Shown: positions 1 through 10,626, numbered from the stretch's first letter. The stretch: DNA of 64,000 nucleotides from Nitrosopumilaceae archaeon (GCA_965209085.1 OZ242376.1:1440001-1504000), one strand, 5' to 3'. Numbers and translations: made by a program. Notes: generated by a model from the letters alone, not told the origin.

Positions 1-682
1 GGCGGTAGTTTGGTTTTGATTCCCCGTGTACGTACGAAGTGATAATTCCCAGTATGTGGTGCAATCCAAGATACAGCAACAATCGCAGGCCAATTGCTCC
101 AAGTACAGGAGGTATAAGCAAAAGTAATGCAGGTATCATTGGGATTACAATGTCCGCGCCGTACGAAGTATCAGTCGGCGGAGTTACAAACGGAAGCATA
201 AACAGTTTGGCAATATTTTCTAACCCAAGATAGTCTCCGTTGATGAATTCCATGGCGGCAAATCCAAATAGTACGTTTGTGAAAAATGCTCCAAACAGCA
301 GAATTTTTGTAATCTGCCACACCACAAACGAGATCGTGCCTAGTTTGTATTTTTTATAATCTTGGAGGTTTTGTATATTTGGGTTCGGGCCAGATGAGAT
401 AAACGTGATAAGGGTGCTGACAGCATACCAAAAAATTGAAGAACGGGAGACAATGTTGACGCGAACCAGCGCAATGATTGCAAGTATAACCGCAGATACC
501 AGCGAGTAAAAGAGCGGTTTTGTAAACTGATCGTCAAACTCACTCACATTCATAAAGAATGAGATTGCGGGCTTGCCCACCACAACGAGTACAAGTATTG
601 CTATGAATACAATTATACCCAATCGGACGATATTGCCCGCATTTGGAGGCGGTTGTGGTATTTCAGTGGATGCGCTATACAA
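1..682 (-). CDS. UPF0182-like membrane protein, 5' part (runs off the left edge)
   Basis: Manual translation from TTG 682 gives MYSASTEIPQPPPNAGNIVRLGIIVFIAILVLVVVG..., with several TM segments. It resembles the thaumarchaeal UPF0182 protein found next to primase. Absent from the ORF track, consistent with having no stop in the window. Confidence 0.65.
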   Translation of the reverse strand, partial: MYSASTEIPQPPPNAGNIVRLGIIVFIAILVLVVVGKPAISFFMNVSEFDDQFTKPLFYSLVSAVILAIIALVRVNIVSRSSIFWYAVSTLITFISSGPNPNIQNLQDYKKYKLGTISFVVWQITKILLFGAFFTNVLFGFAAMEFINGDYLGLENIAKLFMLPFVTPPTDTSYGADIVIPMIPALLLLIPPVLGAIGLRLLLYLGLHHILGIITSYVHGESKPNYR

Positions 683-756
683 ATCTAATCATATTCTCAA
701 ACATGGTAATTAATATTTTGCCAATAATTCCGTGTTTTACGGCATAAAACCCCTAT

Positions 757-1875
757 TCAGGCCAAGGTATGGGCAGTTCCCTTACAAATCATGTATACGG
801 CCGCAAATCGCTCTATTTCCAGTTCCGTCTCTTTTGGCCAGGGTCCGTATTTTTTCCCACAAAGGGAGAATTGTATCGGGCATTTTACCCTTATTTTTAC
901 CGGATCAGAGTCAATGATACACGCATCCCTGTAGGGATCAAATTTTATCAAATCCTTGCACAGTATTTTTGCCATGCCGCTTTTGCCGTTTATGGATCCA
1001 GGCATGCGGAATATTCTATGAATATCGCCAGTTACCTGCGTGTCGATGCACGCTCCAAGAATACTCTGGGCGTTTTTGAGATTATCTGCAAATTTTGTAT
1101 ATTCAGATTCCATGTCAGAGGATCGTTTTGGGGCGTTTTTGCCGAAAAATTTCTTTGCGATGCGTCCGTGCCATCCGGGATCATTGTTAGCTGGAAATTT
1201 TTTCCGGTCCATGGTATGACGTCTTATTCCGTATGTTTCAGGCATTGCATTATAAAATCTGACATAATCTCCCAGTGCTGTCCTAGAGCGAGATTCAAGT
1301 ACGTTGTATGCAGTCTTGGCAGTATGCACATGAAATCCCTCGTTACCTGAAAAATAAGTCTCTATAAGATTTGAGTCTATTCCAAAATCCTCCTGCAGTA
1401 TGTCAATTAGTTTTAAGACTTCTTTTTTTGCAGCATTGATGCATTTTTTGCACGTCAATGAACTGGTCGTATGTTTTGTAGAACCGCATTGCGGACATTC
1501 GGATGTATTATTTGAAACGTTTCCGCACTCTCCGCATATCACACATGTATGTGATGGTCTGCATTCAAGATGAAGATCTTTTGCATCAATATCAAATATC
1601 AAATCCGAACCCTGCCAATCTTTTTTTCTCATTTCCATGTTTGGAAACAGGTAATAGCTGTTCGAACAATATACGTCGGATGGGGAATTTTCCACCAAGA
1701 GCAGCCGCAGTGCGTTCTTATCACGTATGGCAATATGGCGAATCATGCCGCTGGTAAATTTTTTATATCCAAATTCCCTTTTCATAATTTCCGTTGGAAT
1801 TGGAATTTCAGACATGTGTGAGAGATAGTATCTCTTGAATGATTTTTCAAGCAGTTTTACATCAGTATCATTCAT
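757..1875 (-). CDS. priS: DNA primase small (catalytic) subunit with Zn-ribbon insert
   Basis: DLIFDIDAKD, FSGNEGFHVH and IDTQVTGDIHRIFRMPGS motifs. Start ATG at 1875 overlaps the priL stop (ATGA). Confidence 0.92.
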   Translation of the reverse strand: MNDTDVKLLEKSFKRYYLSHMSEIPIPTEIMKREFGYKKFTSGMIRHIAIRDKNALRLLLVENSPSDVYCSNSYYLFPNMEMRKKDWQGSDLIFDIDAKDLHLECRPSHTCVICGECGNVSNNTSECPQCGSTKHTTSSLTCKKCINAAKKEVLKLIDILQEDFGIDSNLIETYFSGNEGFHVHTAKTAYNVLESRSRTALGDYVRFYNAMPETYGIRRHTMDRKKFPANNDPGWHGRIAKKFFGKNAPKRSSDMESEYTKFADNLKNAQSILGACIDTQVTGDIHRIFRMPGSINGKSGMAKILCKDLIKFDPYRDACIIDSDPVKIRVKCPIQFSLCGKKYGPWPKETELEIERFAAVYMICKGTAHTLA

Positions 1876-2888
1876 GCTATTTTTTTTCGTCCAAAATGCA
1901 GTGGGGTAAATATGCCGTCGCATTTTTCGTTTGCAAAACACATGTCCCAACTCTTGATCTTTTCACATGAAGGGCACGTATATTTTGTCCCGCCCGATGC
2001 TCCGGATAGATTTCGCAGCTGATACATCGTAATACGCTCGTTATAGTCTGGTGCATTTTTAAAAAGCGGGGCAATCTGTTCCACACTCTGTCCGCGGTTT
2101 AACAGAAATGTACCAAGCATAAATCTGCCCGAATGCGGAAGATTTTCCCCTTTTTCAAGAATCTCAATTGCATGTTTTATGCACGGCGGATGCTCTCCGC
2201 TTACCTGTACGGTTTCACTTACAAATTTTTTGGCAATTTCTGTCAATTCTGCAACCGGTGCTTCAAAACCGGCATGCATTGCGGGCATTTTTGCAGAACG
2301 TATTTTTTCCTGAATGTATGAATCTATTTCCATGCGCAACAACCGGACAGATTCGTGGCGCGTAAGGTACACCTGGCCTTTGGAAACGCGTCTGTTTACC
2401 AGGTTCCATTCACGTTCGTGAAAGTTTGCAGCGCGCACCAAATAATCCTGTACAGGTACCAAAATATCATCATCCGTGTGTCCGATGTTAACCGAAAAGA
2501 GATCCCCGATTAATCGTTTTGCCAGCTCAAATTTATCTGCAGGATGTATTCTCAAATCCACTTCAAGGTTTTTTTCGGCCCGCCTTGCCTCTGCAAGTGC
2601 AAACCGGCGCACCAAAGTCTGCATTCCGCACAGCTTTAAGAGTATGACTGCAACCAAAAACGACAAAGTTTCATGCATGATACGCCTTGGGTCAGGTGCG
2701 ACAGGAAGTGCTTCATACACGCCCCCGTCTGCTGCAGTGCGTATGCGTTTCATTGCCGTGTCTATAAATACGCGCATGTCCGGATCCGTTCCAAGCACCT
2801 CCAACGTAAATCCAAGGTTCCGTATGTATGAGCCAGCATCCTCAACAAACGGATATTTTGCAATTTCCAAAGGACCTAGTTTAAGCAT
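1872..2888 (-). CDS. priL: DNA primase large subunit
   Basis: HPPCI...GENLPHSGRF...APDYNERIT...YTCPSC Fe-S domain; adjacent to priS. Confidence 0.92.
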   Translation of the reverse strand: MLKLGPLEIAKYPFVEDAGSYIRNLGFTLEVLGTDPDMRVFIDTAMKRIRTAADGGVYEALPVAPDPRRIMHETLSFLVAVILLKLCGMQTLVRRFALAEARRAEKNLEVDLRIHPADKFELAKRLIGDLFSVNIGHTDDDILVPVQDYLVRAANFHEREWNLVNRRVSKGQVYLTRHESVRLLRMEIDSYIQEKIRSAKMPAMHAGFEAPVAELTEIAKKFVSETVQVSGEHPPCIKHAIEILEKGENLPHSGRFMLGTFLLNRGQSVEQIAPLFKNAPDYNERITMYQLRNLSGASGGTKYTCPSCEKIKSWDMCFANEKCDGIFTPLHFGRKKIA

Positions 2889-2926
2889 ACATGTGTATGC
2901 CATATCCGCCTTAAAAATAAATTTCC

Positions 2927-3271
2927 CTATGCCGTAGTCAAAAGCAATATGGCGCGGGCAATATCGCCGTCGGATTCTGTCAGGGCATTTATTGCCTTTT
3001 CCTTGTCGACGCTAGATTGCTGACAGACAAGATCAATGTCCTCATCGGAGAATATTGGAACGTCTAGCTCTTTTTCCTCGTAACCGTCCGAAGTGATTGT
3101 AAAGATTGACTTGTCTTTTGATTTCATCTCTGTTACTTCTGGTTTTGATAGGATAATCTCTTTTTTGTCTGTTCTAATCAGCACTTCACGCACATTTGGC
3201 ATATCTTGCATATCAAGACCCATTTTGTCCATCATGCGCCGCATATTGCGGTTGCCTCCGCGCATCATCAT
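2927..3271 (-). CDS. nac: nascent polypeptide-associated complex protein
   Basis: MRRMMDKMG N-terminus and UBA-like C-terminus (EDIDLVCQQ...GDIARAIL). Confidence 0.9.
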   Translation of the reverse strand: MMMRGGNRNMRRMMDKMGLDMQDMPNVREVLIRTDKKEIILSKPEVTEMKSKDKSIFTITSDGYEEKELDVPIFSDEDIDLVCQQSSVDKEKAINALTESDGDIARAILLLTTA

Positions 3272-3286
3272 TACAAGTTAACCTGT

Positions 3287-3742
3287 CTATCGTTTTAAGG
3301 TATCCCTCGTGCGCACCGCCATCCCTCTGCTCATGCTTTGAATGGTTTTGCATGAAAGTACAGCTTTGCCTACCGCTATGACTTTGCCTCTGTGTAAAAC
3401 CGGAACATCAGAACCCACTTTGATGTTTTTGCCGCATCTTACCACGTGTGAACAAAAAACGGATTTGCCCTGCTCGACGAATGGCTTTGAATCATCATCC
3501 ACACTTAGACAGAAATTTTCCCGAAAACGTTTATTTTTTACAAGCAGTTGTGCCAAATGAACCGTTACTGCCAGCCCACCGTCGATTCTCAGCGTGCATA
3601 AAAGTTTGCCATCAGATGAGGCAGAACGTATGCGGCCATTTTTTCTTGAAAAAACAAATTCTATTTTTTTTGGAAGCTTGGCGGAGACTCCCAATCCAAA
3701 CAATGCATCCACCGTATTGCGCAGTTTTACAAGATGATCCAA
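3287..3742 (-). CDS. PUA-domain protein (similar to the C-terminus of archaeosine TGT)
   Basis: FVEQGKSVFCSHVV...IAVGKAVLS...GMAVRTR PUA signature. Confidence 0.75.
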   Translation of the reverse strand: MDHLVKLRNTVDALFGLGVSAKLPKKIEFVFSRKNGRIRSASSDGKLLCTLRIDGGLAVTVHLAQLLVKNKRFRENFCLSVDDDSKPFVEQGKSVFCSHVVRCGKNIKVGSDVPVLHRGKVIAVGKAVLSCKTIQSMSRGMAVRTRDTLKR

Positions 3743-3861
3743 TATTTTTTATGCATTTTATACCGCATATTAGTCAAGCTGGAAAAACATAGCCGGTTTC
3801 AAATTTGCCGCCATGACGTAGAGTAATTTTTAGCGATAGATTAACAAGATACCCCGCATGC

Positions 3862-4335
3862 ATGCAGAACATGTCAGAGTCAGAGCTGTCGGTTAGGCGT
3901 ATAAACGATGGAACCGTGATAGATCACATTGATGAAGGTAAAGGTCTTCAAGTACTTTCTGCCATGGGTATTGACGGCAAAGATGGAGAGCTTGTCACAA
4001 TAGCCTTGAACGTACCAAGCGGAAAATACAGTAAAAAAGACATCATAAAGATAGCGGGTAAATTTCTAAAAAATGACGATACAAACAAGCTTGCAATAAT
4101 AGCGCCAAAAGCGACCATCAATATAATACGAGGATACAAGCTTGTGGAAAAACGCCGCGTTGCGCTGCCAAATGAAATTGAGAGAATTTTTCGGTGTACA
4201 AATCCAGACTGCATAACAAACAGTACGGAAACCATAGATACGGTGATGGATGTTGTTGAAAAACAAGGTCCGATGTTAAAATGCAGATACTGCAGCAGGA
4301 TACTGGACGTAAACAGGCTTGATTATGAACAATAA
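3862..4335 (+). CDS. pyrI: aspartate carbamoyltransferase regulatory subunit
   Basis: GTVIDHI, KKDIIK, CTNPDCIT and CRYC Zn motifs. Confidence 0.95.
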   Translation: MQNMSESELSVRRINDGTVIDHIDEGKGLQVLSAMGIDGKDGELVTIALNVPSGKYSKKDIIKIAGKFLKNDDTNKLAIIAPKATINIIRGYKLVEKRRVALPNEIERIFRCTNPDCITNSTETIDTVMDVVEKQGPMLKCRYCSRILDVNRLDYEQ

Positions 4336-4386
4336 TTCCAAATCAGAGCGTGCATCAAATGGCTTTAATGTGGCATATGGGATTGT

Positions 4387-4992
4387 ATGTGCATGTCAGT
4401 AAAGTCTTCGATAAAAGCCATAACACGATCACTTGAATCCGTTCAGGATGATAGAACGTATCTGATAAAACACACACGTGATGCAGTATCCCTGTGCAGT
4501 CAATCCATTATAGCCGTGCACGGTCAGGATTTACCCACAGCAAAGAAAAAAGCTGCAAAAGCTGCAGGTCTTATTAAAAAATACAGGCCAAAAGCTGTTG
4601 GTGTACTATCAAAATATCTTTCCATGCCAGAGCAGGAATATACGGAGGCCATGTCAATAATTGCAATTGCAGAAAAAAAACCCATACCCTCGCATACTGT
4701 GCTTGGAGTTTCAGGCGATTCGTACGTACTAGGACTGTTGGACTGCATAGGAGAAATGAAAAGAATGATGGTGGATATGATCAGATTCGACAAGATAGAT
4801 GATGCTGAAAAGATCTTTAATGCAATGGAGGATCTTTTTGCACAACTTTACCCGTTTGCCTCACTAGACAAGGTAATCAAAGAAGCACGCAGAAAACTTG
4901 ACGTTGACCGCATGATATTGGAAAGCTCCCGTACTGTCATAACAGAGGAGATACGGCGCGCGGAATTTGTCAGGGCACTAAAAGATAGGTAA
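4387..4992 (+). CDS. translin-family RNA-binding protein
   Basis: EQEYTEA...YVLGLLDCIGEMKR...RRKLD, typical of archaeal translin-like proteins. Confidence 0.75.
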   Translation: MCMSVKSSIKAITRSLESVQDDRTYLIKHTRDAVSLCSQSIIAVHGQDLPTAKKKAAKAAGLIKKYRPKAVGVLSKYLSMPEQEYTEAMSIIAIAEKKPIPSHTVLGVSGDSYVLGLLDCIGEMKRMMVDMIRFDKIDDAEKIFNAMEDLFAQLYPFASLDKVIKEARRKLDVDRMILESSRTVITEEIRRAEFVRALKDR

Positions 4993-4997
4993 TATTA

Positions 4998-5082
4998 TGC
5001 GGGCGATGGGATTCGAACCCACGAACTCCTAAGAGACTAGCCCCTCAAGCTAGCGCCTTTGGCCAGGCTGGGCTACACCCGC
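4998..5082 (-). tRNA. tRNA-Leu(GAG)
   Basis: Reverse complement GCGGGTGTAGCCCAGCCTGGCCAAAGGCG-CTAGC-TTGAGGG-GCTAG, long variable arm, GTGGGTTCGAATCCCAT-CGCCCGCA. Confidence 0.95.
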
Positions 5083-5131
5083 ACGCATATTCCATGCAGG
5101 GTTTTTATAATCCTTGGTCAACATCGCAAAT

Positions 5132-5368
5132 ATGCTTATTCCGATAAGATGTTTTACATGCGGCACTCTCATAGCAGACAAGGATGTAGAATATCAGGAA
5201 AAAATCAAAGCCGGAGAGAACCCAAAAAAAGTGTTGGACGATCTTGGCGTGAAAAGATACTGTTGCAGGCGTATGCTCATGACAAGCGTAAAAACAGTGA
5301 CACAGATTATCCCATTTTACGAGGCAACCTACAAGAGAAGTAAGGAAGTTCAAGCAGAGCTAGAATAA
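5132..5368 (+). CDS. rpo10: RNA polymerase subunit N (Rpo10)
   Basis: [11 protein letters not shown]...RYCCRRM. Confidence 0.96.
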   Translation: MLIPIRCFTCGTLIADKDVEYQEKIKAGENPKKVLDDLGVKRYCCRRMLMTSVKTVTQIIPFYEATYKRSKEVQAELE

Positions 5369-5369
5369 T

Positions 5370-6602
5370 TTGCCAGATATAACGTCAATTTTTGCCCGTA
5401 CCGTATACAACAGCAGGGGTTCAAAGACTATAGAAACGGACGTTACAGTTCAGGGAGGTTATACGGGCAGAGTCTGCGCCCCGTCAGGAGCAAGCGTGGG
5501 CAAATACGAGGCGGTTGCTTTTCCAAACGGCGGTCCGGAAAAATGCGTGCAGATACTGCATGATAATTCATCAAAATTTTCAGGTGTCGATGCAGCCAGT
5601 GCAGAGAGCGTGTATAAAGCGCTGCGTGTTATTGATTCAACTCCAGGTTATTCCATTATAGGCGGCGCCACAGCGTTTGCAATTTCAATAGCAGCAGCTG
5701 ATGCTGCTGCAAAAGAGCGCAAAGTTCCGCTCTTTGAATTTCTCTCAGGTAAAAGTAAACATTATTTTCCGTATCCACTTGGCAACATACTTGGAGGCGG
5801 AGCGCATGCAGGGCCAGGTACTCCGGACATTCAGGAGATACTTGTGTGCGCCATCGGGGCAAAGACTGTTCGCAATGCAATAGAGACAAATTTTGCTGTG
5901 CACAAGGAGGTTGGAAAATTATTGAAAAAATCCGATGCTTCTTTTACAAACGGCAGGGGTGATGAAGGCGGCTGGGCTCCAAAAATGGACAACCATGCAG
6001 CTTTGGAAATTTCCGCCAAAGCGTGTGAAAATCTCGGATATACGCTTGGCAAAGAAGTTTCGCTTGGCGTTGATTTTGCATCATCCACCCAGTGGAACGG
6101 ATCAAAATACGCGTACGAACGGGCCGGATTTGAAAACGATTCCGGTCAGCAGATAGATTTCGTCTCAGAGATTATAGAAAAATTCAAACTCAAATATGCC
6201 GAAGATGCCGTGCACGAGGAGGCATTTTCGGATATGGCAGAGCTTGTAGCAAAGTTTCCAAACGTCATGATTACCGGAGACGATATTACCGTTACAAACA
6301 GGGAAATCCTAGAAAAGGCAATATCCGCAAATGCCTGTAATGCTGCAATCCTAAAAGTAAATCAAGCCGGTTCCCTGTACGATGCCCTAGAATTTGCAAC
6401 GCTTGCAAAGGAGAGCGGCATATCAATCATAACTTCACACAGATCCGGCGAATCGACGGATTCTCACATATGTCACATCGGTTTAGCCACAGGCTCAAAG
6501 ATGCTCAAAGTCGGCATAGTCGGGGGCGAAAGGATTGCAAAATTGAACGAAATGATTCGCATATCAGAGCATGATTTAATATGCGGTATGGCAGAGTTTT
6601 AA
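5370..6602 (+). CDS. eno: enolase
   Basis: NSRG, PSGAS, GDEGG, LKVNQAG and SHRSGES motifs. Confidence 0.95.
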   Translation: MPDITSIFARTVYNSRGSKTIETDVTVQGGYTGRVCAPSGASVGKYEAVAFPNGGPEKCVQILHDNSSKFSGVDAASAESVYKALRVIDSTPGYSIIGGATAFAISIAAADAAAKERKVPLFEFLSGKSKHYFPYPLGNILGGGAHAGPGTPDIQEILVCAIGAKTVRNAIETNFAVHKEVGKLLKKSDASFTNGRGDEGGWAPKMDNHAALEISAKACENLGYTLGKEVSLGVDFASSTQWNGSKYAYERAGFENDSGQQIDFVSEIIEKFKLKYAEDAVHEEAFSDMAELVAKFPNVMITGDDITVTNREILEKAISANACNAAILKVNQAGSLYDALEFATLAKESGISIITSHRSGESTDSHICHIGLATGSKMLKVGIVGGERIAKLNEMIRISEHDLICGMAEF

Positions 6603-6609
6603 AAATTAC

Positions 6610-7233
6610 ATGGCACAACAAGCTGATTCACAGGACATAAACAAGTTGATTCTTACCACGGGAATACGCGTTGGTACACAGGTTCGTACCAAGTTTATGG
6701 AACAATTCACTGCAAAGACTAGCGATGATGGTCTGTATAGAATAAACCTTGATATGACAATGGCACGTATTACCACAGCGGCCAAATTCATACAGCGCAT
6801 AGGAATTGAAAATCTTATCGTATATTCTGGCAGAGAACATGCAAACACGTCTGTTGAAAAATTCTGCGAGGTTACAGGAGCTACAAAGATGACTGGCAGA
6901 TTTATGCCCGGAACTTTGACAAATCCGTCGTTGCCGTATTATATAGAACCAAAACTTCTCTTTGTCTCTGATCCTCAAGTTGACGTACAGGCCATAACAG
7001 AGGCGACAAACGCCGGAATTCCCGTAATAAGCATTTCAAACACAGACAATATAACATCCAATGTTGATTTGATAATACCTGCAAACAACAGGGGCAGAAA
7101 AGCGCTTGCCACAGCATACTGGCTTTTGGCGCGGCAGATGCTAGTTGAAAGGGGCGATATCGGTCAAAATGACATGATGGAGCTTGGCATCGACGACTTT
7201 GAGACAAAACTTAGTGAAGATGCCACAGAATAG
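6610..7233 (+). CDS. rps2: 30S ribosomal protein S2
   Basis: GRFMPGTLTNP and DLIIPANNRGRKAL. Confidence 0.95.
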   Translation: MAQQADSQDINKLILTTGIRVGTQVRTKFMEQFTAKTSDDGLYRINLDMTMARITTAAKFIQRIGIENLIVYSGREHANTSVEKFCEVTGATKMTGRFMPGTLTNPSLPYYIEPKLLFVSDPQVDVQAITEATNAGIPVISISNTDNITSNVDLIIPANNRGRKALATAYWLLARQMLVERGDIGQNDMMELGIDDFETKLSEDATE

Positions 7234-7275
7234 GGTTAATCGAGTTTTTATACGCGGTTTGGTTTTATTTTACAG

Positions 7276-8220
7276 TTGACGTGTACAGCAGTTGCTCCAG
7301 CAAAGGTCATACTTTTTGGCGAACATTTTGTCGTTCATGGAACCAGTGCCGTGCTTTGTGCAATAGACATGCACATCCAAGTTGCAGCTGCGGTAACAGA
7401 TGAGCCCTTGCTGCATATTGAATCCAAAATAAAATCATGTAAAACCAACATTACAGACGGCGCCGTTCCAGATACACTAGGTCCGCTTGCATACATTGCA
7501 AGAAAAATGTCTGAAAAATCAGGCCGCACCGGCGGCATACACATGAAGATTGATTCGCAGATACCTCATAGAGCCGGACTTGGATCCTCATCGGCATGTT
7601 GCATTGCCGCAACGCGCGCTGTTGTAGGACTTTATCCAGAATGCGTACACGAGGATGTCTTCAAAATTGCCCTGCAAGCTGAGAGAACCGCATTTGCAAA
7701 CGCATCCGGAGCTGACAGTGCGGCAAGTATGCACGGAGGTGTGCTGCGTTTTGATGCCGGATCTGATTTTAAAAGACTGCAATGTGCCACAAATCTGAGC
7801 CTGCTGGTGGCAAATTCTGGAATACAAAGGAGTACAACCCGGATTGTCGCACATGTTGGGGAATTTCGTGCCAAAAATGCTGCAAAATTTGAGAGTTTGT
7901 GCAGAAAAGAATCAGAGCTTGTTGCAAATGCCATACCGGCTCTTAAAGATGGAAATTTGGAAAAAATTGGCGCATATCTAAAGGAAAATCAGTCATATCT
8001 GGATGAGATCGGCATCTCAAATGGGACGCTGAAGGAGATGATTGGTATTGCAGACCGTTATGGGTATGGCTCCAAGATAACAGGTGCCGGTGGCGGAGGA
8101 TGTATCATATCAGTTGTTCCACCAGAGAGGCAAAATACTGCGATAAAGGCGCTCAAAGATGCCGGATACGAATCATATGCTGTAAAAATTGATTATTCTG
8201 GAGTGCGTGTGATAAACTAG
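7276..8220 (+). CDS. mvk: mevalonate kinase
   Basis: PAKVILFGEHFVVHG, GLGSSSA, SGAD and KITGAGGGGC GHMP-kinase motifs. Confidence 0.93.
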   Translation: MTCTAVAPAKVILFGEHFVVHGTSAVLCAIDMHIQVAAAVTDEPLLHIESKIKSCKTNITDGAVPDTLGPLAYIARKMSEKSGRTGGIHMKIDSQIPHRAGLGSSSACCIAATRAVVGLYPECVHEDVFKIALQAERTAFANASGADSAASMHGGVLRFDAGSDFKRLQCATNLSLLVANSGIQRSTTRIVAHVGEFRAKNAAKFESLCRKESELVANAIPALKDGNLEKIGAYLKENQSYLDEIGISNGTLKEMIGIADRYGYGSKITGAGGGGCIISVVPPERQNTAIKALKDAGYESYAVKIDYSGVRVIN

Positions 8221-8263
8221 CAGATGTAGTATTTTTATCTGCCGAGTTTACAGGGGGTTTTAG

Positions 8264-9013
8264 ATGATTCTGATAAAACTTGGCGGCTCGGTCATAACCG
8301 AAAAGAAAAAACCTCAAACGCCCAGAAAAAAAATCATAGTAAAAATAGGCCGTGCAATATCCAAAATCACAGAACCGGTAATCATAGTTCACGGAGGCGG
8401 CTCGTTTGGTCATTTTTGGTCCGTAAAATACGACATGCATACAAAAGAGGCAAAATACGCGCCAAAAGGAGTGGCGACGGTAAAAAATTCAATGGTTGCT
8501 CTAAATAATATTGTGCTAGATGGACTGTTAAAAGGCGGTACTGCGCCGTACTGTTCTCCGCCATTTGGCATAACGCGCGCGGGAAAACTTTTGCCGCACG
8601 GGGTAAAAGAGATTGCAGAAATTGCCAGATACGGGCTCGTACCGGTAACATATGGGGATGCCATGTGGCATTCCAAGGGTAAGTCGTTTATACTATCAGG
8701 GGATAGAATAATGACAATGTTGGCGCTGGCTTTAAAACCCAAAATGTGCATATTTGCCACAAACGTGGACGGTCTTTATGAAAATCTTGCAGGCGGTAAA
8801 CTGATACGCAATGCAGACAAAGGCAATGCAAAAATTCTCGCCGTAATGACGGATGTGACAGGCGGTATGATGCGCAAGGTAATGGAGGCAAAAAAAATAT
8901 CCAGCATGGGTACAGATGTATATTTTGTAAACGGCAACAAACCGGACAGGATTGCAGCAGCAGCAGGGGGGAGAAAATTCCCGTGCACGAAATTTGGAGG
9001 TAGGAAACGATGA
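8264..9013 (+). CDS. ipk: isopentenyl phosphate kinase
   Basis: IKLGGSVIT, VHGGGSFGH, SGD and DVTGGM; lies in the mevalonate cluster. Confidence 0.9.
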   Translation: MILIKLGGSVITEKKKPQTPRKKIIVKIGRAISKITEPVIIVHGGGSFGHFWSVKYDMHTKEAKYAPKGVATVKNSMVALNNIVLDGLLKGGTAPYCSPPFGITRAGKLLPHGVKEIAEIARYGLVPVTYGDAMWHSKGKSFILSGDRIMTMLALALKPKMCIFATNVDGLYENLAGGKLIRNADKGNAKILAVMTDVTGGMMRKVMEAKKISSMGTDVYFVNGNKPDRIAAAAGGRKFPCTKFGGRKR

Positions 9014-9648
9014 CCGAAATGCTAGTCAGAGTTGACGAGAGTGACAATCAAATTGGAACCGAGGAGAAAGTAAAATGCCACCAGATAGACGGCATGCTCC
9101 ACAGAGCTTTTACAGCACTGCTTTTTGATTCAAACGGAAAATTATGTTTGTGCAAAAGAAGCGCATCAAAAATGCTCTGGCCCAGCTACTGGGACGGAAC
9201 ATATGCAAGCCATCCACGTGAAAACGAATCCTATGCGGATTCTGGAATTCGCCGCATGCCAGACGAGGTTGGAGCAGTATGCCCAGTAGATTATCTGAAT
9301 AAATTTGAATATCACGTACCCTACAAGGATATAGGTTCAGAAAACGAGATATGTGCAACGCTAATTGGCGTTATAGATGATGCAAGAATAATTGATCCAA
9401 AACCTGAAGAGGTAAGCCAGGTTAGATGGGTTACATCAGATGAAATCTCAGGTTTGCTGCGCGAGGATCCCGCCTCGTACTGTCCGTGGATGATAATAGC
9501 GCTGTACTTTATGCGCGATTCAAAAAAAGACATTCTGCAAAAATATGCAGGCGTGTTAAATGACTGGCTTGGGGAGGATTTGCGCTCGCAGTTTTTACCG
9601 GCAATCAAAAAACACATGTCTGAGGACAAATGGAGGCTGTTGCGTTGA
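9010..9648 (+). CDS. idi: isopentenyl-diphosphate delta-isomerase type 1 (NUDIX fold)
   Basis: KCH...LHRAF...WDGTYASHP...ENEIC...CPW. Confidence 0.88.
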   Translation: MTEMLVRVDESDNQIGTEEKVKCHQIDGMLHRAFTALLFDSNGKLCLCKRSASKMLWPSYWDGTYASHPRENESYADSGIRRMPDEVGAVCPVDYLNKFEYHVPYKDIGSENEICATLIGVIDDARIIDPKPEEVSQVRWVTSDEISGLLREDPASYCPWMIIALYFMRDSKKDILQKYAGVLNDWLGEDLRSQFLPAIKKHMSEDKWRLLR

Positions 9649-10625
9649 ATATAAAACAGATACAAAAAAACGGCACATCGCTAAACAGCCGCATAAATTC
9701 GGCCATAAACGGCAAACCTGATGCGCTGTATGATGCAGCATTGCATATGATATCAAATGGGGGCAAACGGCTGCGCCCGTACATGGCAATCAAGAGCTGC
9801 ATTATGCTTGGCGGTAAAAAATCAGACGCTGTACCGGCAGCTCTGGCAATAGAAATGATACATAATTTTACGCTCGTGCATGACGATATTATGGACAATG
9901 ATGAAATTCGCCACGGCATCCCAACCGTGCATAAAAAATACGGCCTGCCTGTTGCAATACTTGCAGGAGATGTGCTTTTTTCAAAGGCTTTTGAAACTGT
10001 TGCATGTTCAAAAATTCCGCAAAAGATATCCTCAGGGCTTACAGAAAAGCTTGCAAAAGCGTGCACGGATGTGTGTGAGGGACAAATGTTAGATATTGGC
10101 ATGGCAACTGCCAAAAAAATTCCCACCAGGTCTCAGTATATCGAAATGATCCGGAAAAAAACTTCGGCTCTCTTTGATGCAGCGTGTTCAATGGGTGCAA
10201 TATCTGCAGGAGCACCGGTAAAAGATATTGTAAAGCTTGGATCATTTGGCAACAGTCTTGGAATCGCATTTCAGATAACTGACGATATAATAGGTGCAAT
10301 GGGGGATTCATCCGTAACCAAAAAGCCCGTAGGAAACGACATCAGAGAGGGTAAAAAATCCATGCCCATACTTGTTGCACTTGAAAGATCAAACAGTACG
10401 CAGCGCAGAGCCATTTCAAAATGTTTTGGCAACAAACATTCCACAAAATCAGATCTAAAGGCGGCAGTTTTGGCGATGCGTGAGTCAGGTGCCGAAAAAG
10501 AATCAAGGGATATTGCCAAAAAATATGCGCGTTCTGCGGCAGGATCGCTTTTAGCGTATTCAGGATCCTCCTCCAAGGGGGAATTAATCGGCCTTTTGGA
10601 CTTTATTTTAAAGAGGGAACAGTAG
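9645..10625 (+). CDS. geranylgeranyl diphosphate synthase (polyprenyl synthetase)
   Basis: GGKRLRP, DDIMD (FARM), KKT and FQITDD (SARM). Confidence 0.92.
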   Translation: MNIKQIQKNGTSLNSRINSAINGKPDALYDAALHMISNGGKRLRPYMAIKSCIMLGGKKSDAVPAALAIEMIHNFTLVHDDIMDNDEIRHGIPTVHKKYGLPVAILAGDVLFSKAFETVACSKIPQKISSGLTEKLAKACTDVCEGQMLDIGMATAKKIPTRSQYIEMIRKKTSALFDAACSMGAISAGAPVKDIVKLGSFGNSLGIAFQITDDIIGAMGDSSVTKKPVGNDIREGKKSMPILVALERSNSTQRRAISKCFGNKHSTKSDLKAAVLAMRESGAEKESRDIAKKYARSAAGSLLAYSGSSSKGELIGLLDFILKREQ

Positions 10626-10626
10626 G

